Shown here: one piece after another, positions 18,119-26,322 of the stretch
How the letters are laid out: every line of letters begins with the position of its first letter
Position numbering within the stretch: position 1 is the first letter of the stretch
Source of the DNA: Vibrio vulnificus CMCP6
GTDB taxonomy: Bacteria; Pseudomonadota; Gammaproteobacteria; Enterobacterales; Vibrionaceae
NCBI RefSeq assembly: GCF_000039765.1
Contig: NC_004459.3
Location: 2,781,127-2,813,126, forward strand
DNA: 32,000 nt
Direction of reading: 5' to 3'
Notes under the pieces: model-generated
What the model saw: the letters and a program-made list of their open reading frames with translations, nothing else
Databases searched by the model: none
What the model was told of the DNA's origin: nothing
Made by a program: the position numbers and the translations under genes

Positions 18119-19090
18119 ATGTTTAAGGCACTCAAACCTACACTGGCCGCATCGATCATCGCCGCCTCTTTTTCTTTTAACGCTTTCGCGGCAGAGATCG
18201 AAAAAATCCACTTTCTCATCCCCGGGGGTGCCGGTGGTGGCTGGGACATGACCGCTCGTGGTACGGGTGATGTTCTACAAAAAACCAACTTGGTGGAGAA
18301 TGTCTCTTACCAAAACCTATCTGGTGGTGGCGGTGGTAAAGCCATTGCACACCTGATCGAGACGGCAAAACGTCAAGAAGACACGCTGATGATCAACTCA
18401 ACGCCGATCGTTGTGCGTTCACTGAGCGGTGTTTTCCCACAATCCTTCCGCGATTTAACACCAGTCGCAGCTACCGTGGCTGATTACGGTGCCATCGTGG
18501 TCGCGGCGGATTCCAAATACAATAGCTGGGAAGAAGTGGTCAAAGATTTCGAAGCAAACCCACTGCAAGTGAAAATCGCTGGCGGCTCGGCGCGCGGTTC
18601 TATGGATCACCTCGTTGCTGCGGCCGCATTTAAAGGCCAAGGTTTTGATGCGAAAAAGGTACGTTACATCGCCTATGACGCAGGTGGTAAAGCGATGGCC
18701 GCGCTGCTTTCTGGCGAGACACAACTGCTTTCGACGGGTTTAGGCGAAGTGCTTGAAATGTCGAAATCAGGACAAGTAAAAGTGCTGGCGATCACCGCAC
18801 CAAAACGCATCGAAGCGGCGCCAAACATTCCTACTCTAACTGAATACGGCAACCCAACCGTCTTTGCTAACTGGCGTGGTTTCTTCGCCGCACCGGGGGC
18901 GAGCCAAGAGAAGATCAACGAATGGAACGCGGCTCTGACCAAGATGTACAACACCGATGAGTGGAAAGTGGTTCGTGACCGTAATGGTTGGATCGACAAC
19001 TACAAAGCGGACAAAGAGTTCTACGCCTTCCTAGAAGAGCAAGAGAAGCAGATGGGTGACCTGATGCGTGAGCTCGGCTTCCTCAAGTAA
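18119..19090 (+). CDS. tctC: Tripartite tricarboxylate transporter, periplasmic substrate-binding protein (TctC/Bug family)
   Basis: 323-aa ORF with signal peptide MFKALKPTLAASIIAASFSFNAFA and size and context typical of TctC, followed by tctB and tctA. SD AAGGAA lies upstream. Confidence 0.85.
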   Translation: MFKALKPTLAASIIAASFSFNAFAAEIEKIHFLIPGGAGGGWDMTARGTGDVLQKTNLVENVSYQNLSGGGGGKAIAHLIETAKRQEDTLMINSTPIVVRSLSGVFPQSFRDLTPVAATVADYGAIVVAADSKYNSWEEVVKDFEANPLQVKIAGGSARGSMDHLVAAAAFKGQGFDAKKVRYIAYDAGGKAMAALLSGETQLLSTGLGEVLEMSKSGQVKVLAITAPKRIEAAPNIPTLTEYGNPTVFANWRGFFAAPGASQEKINEWNAALTKMYNTDEWKVVRDRNGWIDNYKADKEFYAFLEEQEKQMGDLMRELGFLK

Positions 19091-19106
19091 GCTCGCAACA
19101 CCTCAT

Positions 19107-19144
19107 ATGGGGTTAGACAGGCTCATTCCATGTACTAACCCCAT
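19107..19144 (+). other. Stem-loop immediately after the tctC stop
   Basis: Perfect 10-bp stem atggggttag / ctaaccccat (19107-19116 and 19135-19144) with an 18-nt loop and no U-tract. Confidence 0.5.
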
Positions 19145-19152
19145 CCAGTTTC

Positions 19153-19304
19153 GCCGTTATTGAGGAGCTGCCACGAGCAGTAGAACTACTCCTTTGTTTA
19201 TTGAAAGTCCTGCTTGCTACTGTGTCCCTGTTATCACGAGTAGCACGCCTTGTTGATGACCCTCTTTTTCATTGACGCTTCAATAACGGCTTTTTCCTCT
19301 TTTG
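19153..19304 (+). repeat. Inverted-repeat-bounded structured element in the tctC-tctB spacer, followed by a T-tract
   Basis: gccgttattgagg (19153-19165) is complementary to cttcaataacggc (19278-19290) at 12 of 13 positions, 11 of them contiguous. The arms enclose about 112 nt containing the related direct repeats cacgagcagtag and cacgagtagcac. The second arm is followed by tttttcctcttttg. Confidence 0.45.
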
Positions 19305-19331
19305 TCTTTGCCTCAATGATTGGAGTTGGAT

Positions 19332-19847
19332 ATGTCGGATTTACCAACCAGTTCGTTTAAAAGCAATAAGCTGCTCTCAACAGAGTTTCTCCTTAGTCGC
19401 GACCGTGTCGGGGCGTTGATTTTTCTTCTACTCTGCTTGGGCTATGGCTACCAAACCTACCAAATCCCATTATTCCCGGGGGATGAATACGAGCCGTTCA
19501 ACGCTCGCACCCTGCCCTTCATTCTTACCGTGATTGGTATTGGGCTTTCGTTGCTACTGTTAGTGACGGGCGAACCAGACAGCAAAAGTGGTGCTGTGAC
19601 CAAGTTTGACTGGAAGCTGTTGATCGCTTTCTTGGTGCTGATGGCACTGTATGGCTTCGGCTTAACCTATCTTGGCTTCGTCTTAGCCACGGGATTTTTC
19701 CTGTTGGCGGGGTTCTACCTACTTGGCGAACGACGCAAAAGCGTCTTGTTTGGTGCTTCTTTCCCATTCGTATTGGCGTTCTATCTACTGCTCACCAAGG
19801 GGTTGGATGTTTACCTCGAACCGGGCTTGATTTTTACCCTTTGGTAA
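19332..19847 (+). CDS. tctB: Tripartite tricarboxylate transporter small membrane subunit
   Basis: About 171-aa four-helix hydrophobic protein encoded between tctC and tctA. The track start at 19320 is TTG. ATG 19332 (MSDLPTSS) has GGAG 6 nt upstream. Confidence 0.8.
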   Translation: MSDLPTSSFKSNKLLSTEFLLSRDRVGALIFLLLCLGYGYQTYQIPLFPGDEYEPFNARTLPFILTVIGIGLSLLLLVTGEPDSKSGAVTKFDWKLLIAFLVLMALYGFGLTYLGFVLATGFFLLAGFYLLGERRKSVLFGASFPFVLAFYLLLTKGLDVYLEPGLIFTLW

Positions 19848-19868
19848 TTGGCATAAGGAACTGATTTT

Positions 19869-21410
19869 ATGTTAGACGGAATTTTACAAGGTCTATCGAC
19901 CGCAGTGATGCCAATGAACCTGATGATGGTGATCATTGGTTGTTTTGTCGGTACCTTTATCGGCATGTTACCGGGTTTAGGCCCAATCTCGGCCATTGCG
20001 CTGATGATCCCAATCACCTACGGCCTAGAGCCCTCTTCGGGCATGATTTTGATGGCGGGTGTTTACTATGGCGCGATTTTTGGCGGCTCAACCTCTTCTA
20101 TTTTGATCAACGCTCCGGGTTGTTCTTCAACCGTAGTCACCGCGTTTGATGGCTACCCAATGGCGCAAAAAGGCCAAGCGGGTAAGGCGCTTGCTTTGGC
20201 TGCTTACGCCTCGTTTACTGGCGGTACGCTATCAGCCATCATGCTGTTAGTGGCGGCACCTGCACTGGCCACCGTGTCACTCAGTTTCCAATCCTCAGAC
20301 TATTTCGCGCTGATGCTGGTTGGGCTTTCTGCGGTAGCGGCTTTTGCTGGTAAAGGACAAGTGATCAAAGCATGGATGATGACCATTCTTGGCTTGATGC
20401 TCTCAACCGTCGGTATTGATAAAGGCGTTGGTGTAGAACGATTTACGTTCGGCCTGACTGATTTAATGGATGGTTTCAGCTTCTTGCTATTGGCGATGGC
20501 GACCTTCGCTTTGGGCGAAACATTGATGGGCATTCTCAAGCCGGATCAAGACAACAGCGCCGAAGAGCAAGAGCGCATGAGCAACATTGGCTCGATGAAA
20601 GTGACTCGTGAAGAGATCAAAGAAGCGGCTCCCGTCTCCATTCGTTCTTCTATTCTGGGCTTTTTTACCGGTGTTCTACCGGGTGCAGGCGCAACCATCG
20701 CGGCTTTCCTCAGCTACGGCATGGAGCGCAATTTGGCACCGAAAGAGAAACGCGAAGAGTTTGGTAAAGGCAGCATCCGTGGCCTTGTCGCGCCTGAGTC
20801 GGCCAACAACGCCGCCTCAAGCGGTTCATTTGTGCCACTGCTAACGCTCGGTATTCCGGGTTCAGGCACCACGGCCATCATGCTTGGCGCGTTGATCGCT
20901 TATGGTATTCAACCGGGTCCTCGCTTGTTTGTTGACCATCCGGATGTGTTTTGGTCGGTGATCATCTCCATGTACGTCGGCAACATCGTACTGCTGATCC
21001 TGAACTTGCCGCTGATCCCGTACATCTCGCGCTTGCTGGCAGTACCAAGAACCGTACTGTTACCGATGATCTTGTTCTTCTCCATCACTGGCGTTTACTT
21101 GGTGTCATTTAACACCATGGATGTGTTTGTGATGCTGCTGGTGGCGATGGGAGCGATTGCGCTTCGTCTTGCCAACTTCCCGCTCGCCCCTCTGCTGCTT
21201 GGCTTTATTTTGGGTGGCTTGATGGAAGAAAACTTACGCCGCGCGCTGATGATTTCGGATGGACAGATCAGCTTCTTGTGGGAACGTCCGCTAACATTGG
21301 CCTTTACGGTGATTGCGATTTTGATGGTCAGCAGCCCGCTATTAGGTGCGATCTACCAGAAAATCAAACCCAGCACGGCAAAGTCGAACGTCCCCCAAGC
21401 AACCAAATAA
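19869..21410 (+). CDS. tctA: Tripartite tricarboxylate transporter large permease subunit
   Basis: 513-aa polytopic protein with the duplicated motif G-x-L-P-G-x-G (GMLPGLGP and GVLPGAGA) typical of TctA. SD AAGGAA lies upstream. Confidence 0.88.
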   Translation: MLDGILQGLSTAVMPMNLMMVIIGCFVGTFIGMLPGLGPISAIALMIPITYGLEPSSGMILMAGVYYGAIFGGSTSSILINAPGCSSTVVTAFDGYPMAQKGQAGKALALAAYASFTGGTLSAIMLLVAAPALATVSLSFQSSDYFALMLVGLSAVAAFAGKGQVIKAWMMTILGLMLSTVGIDKGVGVERFTFGLTDLMDGFSFLLLAMATFALGETLMGILKPDQDNSAEEQERMSNIGSMKVTREEIKEAAPVSIRSSILGFFTGVLPGAGATIAAFLSYGMERNLAPKEKREEFGKGSIRGLVAPESANNAASSGSFVPLLTLGIPGSGTTAIMLGALIAYGIQPGPRLFVDHPDVFWSVIISMYVGNIVLLILNLPLIPYISRLLAVPRTVLLPMILFFSITGVYLVSFNTMDVFVMLLVAMGAIALRLANFPLAPLLLGFILGGLMEENLRRALMISDGQISFLWERPLTLAFTVIAILMVSSPLLGAIYQKIKPSTAKSNVPQATK

Positions 21411-21441
21411 CAATAACCATCTCCATATTGCACTACGTTAT

Positions 21442-21467
21442 GCCGCCTCAACTGAGGCGGTTTTTTT
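21442..21467 (+). terminator. Rho-independent terminator of tctCBA
   Basis: Stem ccgcctc / gaggcgg (21443-21449 and 21454-21460) with a 4-nt loop, then TTTTTTT (21461-21467). Confidence 0.85.
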
Positions 21468-21495
21468 GTTCGCGTTCGGCCACAAACATGACGAC

Positions 21496-22383
21496 TCAAA
21501 AAGCCGTCAGCATGATGGTCATTTCATCTTCATAGCGCCCTTCTCTTGCCGATGGCATAGGCGTATTTTCGAACTGTAAGCGAAAGCGTGTTTCACGCTG
21601 CTGATGAGGACGCAAGTAATGTGATACATTTAATCTTAGCGGCTGACCATTAAGAGAAGTGGCATACGGAATTTTATAGCGTGCATTTTTAACGTTGACC
21701 ATGTCACCTTGGTTTCGCGAATCCAGTTCCAATTTGACACTGCCATTGCTCACCACAATCACATCGAGTTGGCGTTGATTCTTCTCGGTTAAGTTGCCCA
21801 TATCAATACTGACGTTGGTGCCAGACACCGAGACATGTGCCCCCTGACGGCTTTCCACTCGCGCCCTTACAAAAGGTTTAACTTGGTAATTGAGAGACAC
21901 GGCTCGACCAAATTCGTTATTAGCCGCCTTAACTTTAAACTCAAAATCACTTTGATATAGCCCAGAAAGTAGCACTTTTCCTTGAGGAATATGTACCCAA
22001 AACTCACTTCTCTTTCGCCCTTGGAGTGGCAAAATAAAATTGCCTTGCTGATCACGCTGCAGGCTTTTTCTTTGCCCATCCAATAGGTTAGACGCCACTG
22101 CGCCTTGAGGCCCAACAATCGGCTCCTTCCAACCGTTTTTGGCGTGAATCACCAATTGAGGAGAGCAAGCGAGCAGCGCCCCTTCCAACTCAACATAGCC
22201 TTGGAACCACAAGACATTATCGGAACTGCTAGCGTTGTCCACCGGATGACTGGACAACTGCACAACAAATTCGCCTTGGCAGGCTTGCGTTGCAGGCTCT
22301 GCCGCTGCCAGAGGCTGGGAAACAAAACAGATCAGAGTGCCAAACAACACCCGTGTGATGCGCCGAGTGAGAGAGTTACCCAT
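21496..22383 (-). CDS. Two-domain spore-coat-U (SCPU)/Csu-like pilus subunit; putative distal or tip subunit
   Basis: 295-aa ORF with a signal peptide (LFGTLICFVSQPLAAA). Two successive modules each end in the SCPU-type C-terminal strand G-x-Y-x-(x)-D-x-hydrophobic pattern: SGLYQSDFEFKVKA and EGRYEDEMTIMLTAF (compare CsuA/B ending GDYKDTLLVTVNF). The first module has a Cys pair (ACQGEF ... LLACSPQ). SD AAGGAGG lies upstream, 18 bp after the usher stop. Confidence 0.65.
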   Translation of the reverse strand: MGNSLTRRITRVLFGTLICFVSQPLAAAEPATQACQGEFVVQLSSHPVDNASSSDNVLWFQGYVELEGALLACSPQLVIHAKNGWKEPIVGPQGAVASNLLDGQRKSLQRDQQGNFILPLQGRKRSEFWVHIPQGKVLLSGLYQSDFEFKVKAANNEFGRAVSLNYQVKPFVRARVESRQGAHVSVSGTNVSIDMGNLTEKNQRQLDVIVVSNGSVKLELDSRNQGDMVNVKNARYKIPYATSLNGQPLRLNVSHYLRPHQQRETRFRLQFENTPMPSAREGRYEDEMTIMLTAF

Positions 22384-22401
22384 CTTCTCCTCCTTACCAA
22401 T

Positions 22402-24804
22402 TTAATGTGCTGATTTGTCCATCAGCACCACGTTAATCTGACCAAGATTGATCAAGCTGTTGTCTGACTCAGGGATCACAATCCACAAAGTTTCAGCGCT
22501 TAAACCTGATAGCTCTAAACGATACTCTCCGGGTGCGATGCCTTGAATGTAGAATCGACCTTGTTGATTGGTAAAAAACGCCATTCGTTTGTCGTCCACT
22601 ATCAGGCTCGCTTGACGATAGGCGATCGCTTCACCCTCGGTTGTCGTCAAAAAACCCGTTACCGTGTACGAGGCATCCGAGCCCATGATGAGTCGATGCC
22701 CTGTCGCAGCCCCTGGCGACACATCGATTTTTCCCGAACCCCAGTCATAACCAAGCGGGGCGTTGTGCACGTTGTACTCGATGATATTGATGCCATAGGG
22801 CTGCGAAATCGAAATCAAACCGTTGATACTTGGTGTGGCCAACGCGGTGGCTCTCCCTTCGCTATCCACATCCAAATACGCGGTCGCCTCCGTCAAAGTG
22901 GGATGCATGCTCGCCACCATAAAAGGCCCAGAAAGCGCTCGGCCCCATCCCCATTCACCGTCCACCATACCAAGACTGGTCGCGAGCCTAACGGAACCTT
23001 GATACTGCGCTTGGTCATCGAGGCGGTTTTGTTTTCGAACAAGCTCGCTTTCCACTCGAAAACGGTTGGCCGTATAACTGAGCATGGCTTTTTGACTCTT
23101 GATGCTTTGGTCCTGCTCGGCTTCAATACGCACGCCAATGTCATCGACATAGTTGAGCCCTTCGTTGTTGAAGTAGAGTCGGCTTCGCTCCGTCAAACTG
23201 TTGTACGATGCCCCAATACGGTGGCTCTCTTGTTCTGAATACCAGTTGTATTCAAACGTAAACAACAGACGGTTATCGCCCTCAACATATCGCGCTGACT
23301 CTTCATACTCTGAACCAAGGCCAACGGTAAGCCCTTTGTGACGCCAGTTAAGCAGCACAGAGGTCTGCACTTCGTCCTCTTTTTCGTCAAAAAGGGTGTA
23401 GCGACCTGACAACGTGAGATCGACAGCGTCGCTGATTTGCCAAAAATAGCTGCCCAAAATCTGAGAATACTGATTCCCCTCTTCCCCCACTCTCCACGGT
23501 TTGCTTTGAAATTGCTCGGAATACTCATACGCCAGACGCAAATTGGGAGATTGACTCTCCCCATTACCAATCACGCTATTTTCATAGTCCAGAGAAGCTA
23601 TACGACCTTGCTCTTGATTGTGGCTCCACGAAAAACGGCTGGTGAGATTGCCCAATCCAGTGCTGACCGTGGCCAGCATTCCGATCACGCCGCCCTCTTT
23701 GGCCCACAGTGCATTGCTGCCCAAAGTGAGCCAATCTGCCACCCCATACTCTAGATAGCCAGTCGCCAGCCATGCGTTTTCATATTCAATGCCTTGTTCT
23801 TGGTAAACAATCGGTCGGCCAACCGAAAAGGCGTAATCCAGCAAACCTTGTTGCAAAAGGCGCGCATTGTAGAACTGAGTAAAGGTCAGTACCTCTTGGC
23901 GGCCAGAAAGGTAATTCACCACGACGGTGACCTCGTTCGCACCATTATCTAAAATCAAGTTCTGCAAGTTGTACCTTCCAGCCTCTAAGCGGCCAGAGGA
24001 GACTCGCTCTCCATTCACATACACTTCAACTTCTGCCGATTCTTGCAGCAACAACTGTTGGCTGCTTTGGGGGCTGATCGAACGTTCAGGCTGTAAATCG
24101 GCATAACGGCTTTCTACGGTAAATCCCCCCAACGCTAATCCATAAAGATGGCCGGACTCACCACTGAACACATCGCCTACCGATGCGCGAAGCGGCAAGT
24201 CCGGATCGTCGTAAAACGCCAGCCATTCTCCGCGAACGTAGTCGTGACTCTCCTCATCCATTTGCAGATGATTGGCCAGTTGAAGATTAATGCCAGAGAC
24301 GCCACCCACGTTCATTTGGCTTAGCCAGTCGATGCTCGAATACCAGCTTTCACTCTCATTTTGCCAATGACGGTTGTAAGCAAAATTGAAGCTGTTGAGC
24401 CAGCTGACACTGCCACTCGCCGATGCTTGAAAAGGCGGATATTGTTGTGAAGCATTCAAGGTGCGTTCGCTTAAAGCCTCTTGCGGCAGCGTGAGGTCAA
24501 TGGTGAGTGACTCTAAGTTGAGGTGAAAATTAACGCCAAGCTCGTTCCATTTGTCGACGTGGATAAAATCACCACTTTGGTGTGCAAATCGTTCACGCCA
24601 CCAAGCGTCGGAAATTCTGTCTGCCAATAGCACGTTTAGCGCCTCTGCTGACACAGATTTCAGCGTCATGCCTTCAATTTCAATCGGCAATTCGCCCAAT
24701 TGCGTCTCGGAATACCAAACTGGCAATGAAAGCCGATATTCCGTGCAAAACCCGCTCACCGGGCATAAACAGAGAAATAGGAATGCATACCACCATCGCC
24801 GCAT
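22402..24804 (-). CDS. Outer-membrane fimbrial usher-like protein
   Basis: 800-aa ORF with a signal peptide (WWYAFLFLCLCPVSGFC). It carries an usher-like conserved stretch EVEVYVNGERVSSGRLEAGRYNLQNLILDNGANEVTVVVNYLSGRQEVLTF and then a long Tyr/Gly/Ser-rich region with beta-barrel character. The C-terminal segment looks like a beta-sandwich (GRFYIQGIAPGEYRLEL). It lies between the chaperone and subunit genes. Confidence 0.7.
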   Translation of the reverse strand: MRRWWYAFLFLCLCPVSGFCTEYRLSLPVWYSETQLGELPIEIEGMTLKSVSAEALNVLLADRISDAWWRERFAHQSGDFIHVDKWNELGVNFHLNLESLTIDLTLPQEALSERTLNASQQYPPFQASASGSVSWLNSFNFAYNRHWQNESESWYSSIDWLSQMNVGGVSGINLQLANHLQMDEESHDYVRGEWLAFYDDPDLPLRASVGDVFSGESGHLYGLALGGFTVESRYADLQPERSISPQSSQQLLLQESAEVEVYVNGERVSSGRLEAGRYNLQNLILDNGANEVTVVVNYLSGRQEVLTFTQFYNARLLQQGLLDYAFSVGRPIVYQEQGIEYENAWLATGYLEYGVADWLTLGSNALWAKEGGVIGMLATVSTGLGNLTSRFSWSHNQEQGRIASLDYENSVIGNGESQSPNLRLAYEYSEQFQSKPWRVGEEGNQYSQILGSYFWQISDAVDLTLSGRYTLFDEKEDEVQTSVLLNWRHKGLTVGLGSEYEESARYVEGDNRLLFTFEYNWYSEQESHRIGASYNSLTERSRLYFNNEGLNYVDDIGVRIEAEQDQSIKSQKAMLSYTANRFRVESELVRKQNRLDDQAQYQGSVRLATSLGMVDGEWGWGRALSGPFMVASMHPTLTEATAYLDVDSEGRATALATPSINGLISISQPYGINIIEYNVHNAPLGYDWGSGKIDVSPGAATGHRLIMGSDASYTVTGFLTTTEGEAIAYRQASLIVDDKRMAFFTNQQGRFYIQGIAPGEYRLELSGLSAETLWIVIPESDNSLINLGQINVVLMDKSAH

Positions 24805-24834
24805 GATCGACCTACTTGGCCCCTAAGGCCGTGA

Positions 24835-25494
24835 TTACTTGACCAGCAAAGATTGCACATTAACGACAACACTTTGATTTGGAACCAAATATTGCATTGG
24901 CAATAACGGTTCTAACTCAACCCAAGACCAGTTCATCTTCTGATTGTGCCAAGTGACTTCGTGGCTCAGTTTGGTCAGCTCAAGCACACTGGTGCCTTCA
25001 TTACGAATGGTTAACTGCGCCGCGTCATTCTCGCCTTGAGTCAAATGGCTTGAATAGTCAGTTCGAACATCCTGAGGTGAGACAAAAATCAGTGCGCCAA
25101 TGCGGAAAAGCATTTGAATGCTGTCGTTACTGGATTCATTTTTTAGTGGCAGTTGGCTGGCAATTAAACGATAGGACTCCGCACTTAGCTTAGGCTCCCC
25201 AATGTATTGCACTTTAATGCTCTGCGATTTGCCAGGTTGAATCAGCACTTGTGGTGGAAACACCATTAGCTCATCGGTTTCTGACAAGGTTTCATTGTTG
25301 TTGAGCGAGACTTCTCTTTTGATTGGAATGAGTTCCACTGGTAGTGGAGCAAGAGAGGTATTGGTGATTTTGAAAAAAACCGTGGTTCCTTTACCGGCAT
25401 CGTCCAAAAACTGCACCATAGGGAACAGCTCAAATGCCAGTGTTTGACCATGAAAGAATGAGAACAATATCGTCAATAAGCAAATCCGTTTCAT
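24835..25494 (-). CDS. PapD-like periplasmic pilus chaperone
   Basis: Has signal peptide MKRICLLTILFSFFHGQTLA and chaperone-type motifs TVFFKITNTSLAPLPVEL and LMVFPPQVLIQPGKSQSIKVQYIG...ESYRLIASQLP. The track start at 25506 is a TTG lying inside the SD. ATG 25494 has GAGGTG 4 nt upstream. Confidence 0.7.
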   Translation of the reverse strand: MKRICLLTILFSFFHGQTLAFELFPMVQFLDDAGKGTTVFFKITNTSLAPLPVELIPIKREVSLNNNETLSETDELMVFPPQVLIQPGKSQSIKVQYIGEPKLSAESYRLIASQLPLKNESSNDSIQMLFRIGALIFVSPQDVRTDYSSHLTQGENDAAQLTIRNEGTSVLELTKLSHEVTWHNQKMNWSWVELEPLLPMQYLVPNQSVVVNVQSLLVK

Positions 25495-25511
25495 ACGACA
25501 CCTCAATTAAA

Positions 25512-25530
25512 GGGGGACATGTCGTCCCCC
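25512..25530 (-). terminator. GC-rich hairpin between the subunit and chaperone genes; candidate intra-operon attenuator
   Basis: gggggac / gtccccc form a 7-bp stem with a 5-nt loop, sitting in the 46-bp gap after the 169-aa subunit gene. In the minus sense it is followed by tttaatt. Confidence 0.5.
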
Positions 25531-25540
25531 ACAAAGTGAA

Positions 25541-26050
25541 TTACATATGGTAGAGCGATACCCACATGTAGCCTTCGTATTTACCCCAACGAGCGCCTTT
25601 ATGAGGAAGCGATCGGATGGTCAATTTATGTTTGGATGACATTTGCTTATCAAGGCTATTGCTGACATCAATGGTGTCGACGATACGCGCTGCCATGGTT
25701 TCCGTTTCTGCATCTTTCACAGACACTTTGTCGTTGAATGAATATTCCATTGGAATTTCATCGCCGTTGCCGTTCTTAAACGCATATGGGTCTACCAGCA
25801 AAGTGCCTTTTGTTCCGTAAGAGTTGCACCAAGCTTTAAACGCGAAAGTTTTTTTATCTGACTTTTGCGTCAAATCGAAATTTAGCGTTTCGAGCTCTTC
25901 ACTTGCTCTCATTTCACAGCGCTTAGGCACTTCACCGCTAAACTTCACCAAAAAGTCAGCGCGTGCTTCGTCACTCACAACCCAAGAATTAGCGGCTGCG
26001 CCTGCGGAATAAAGAAGGGTTAACGCGACACAAGTTGCTAAACGTTTCAT
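25541..26050 (-). CDS. Small secreted SCPU/Csu-like pilus subunit; putative major pilin
   Basis: 169-aa ORF with signal peptide MKRLATCVALTLLYSAGAAA, a Cys pair (PKRCEMRA ... KAWCNSYG), and a C-terminal strand WGKYEGYMWVSLYHM resembling the SCPU terminal motif. It is the first structural gene of the operon. A perfect AAGGAG lies upstream. Confidence 0.6.
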   Translation of the reverse strand: MKRLATCVALTLLYSAGAAANSWVVSDEARADFLVKFSGEVPKRCEMRASEELETLNFDLTQKSDKKTFAFKAWCNSYGTKGTLLVDPYAFKNGNGDEIPMEYSFNDKVSVKDAETETMAARIVDTIDVSNSLDKQMSSKHKLTIRSLPHKGARWGKYEGYMWVSLYHM

Positions 26051-26322
26051 GATTGTTCTCCTTTACATAGTGTTCCTGCGGTGTAGTTCGTTCGTTGCAA
26101 GTTAAATTTACGCACATACGACTTTTTTACCATCGGTCATCTGACCAGTTAGAAACACGCAAAGGGATGAGGAAGGGCTAATTAGAAGGAAAAATTGATT
26201 TAAAACAAACAATATACAAAGAACTTGGCAGGAACTCGTCATTCCACTGCATTCTCTTTCTTGGACTGAATCAGAATATGAAGCTCTGAATCCTAGAAAT
26301 TGAGTCATTTGGGTATATAGAA

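Noticed and set aside
22543-23238. 231-aa plus-strand ORF inside the usher gene
   Set aside because: It is antisense to the 800-aa usher-like ORF, its sequence is Arg/His-rich and low-complexity-like, and it has no start context.
26108-26308. 66-aa minus-strand ORF between the regulator and pilin genes
   Set aside because: It has no SD and an odd composition, and it occupies what should be the pilin promoter or leader. It is most likely non-coding.
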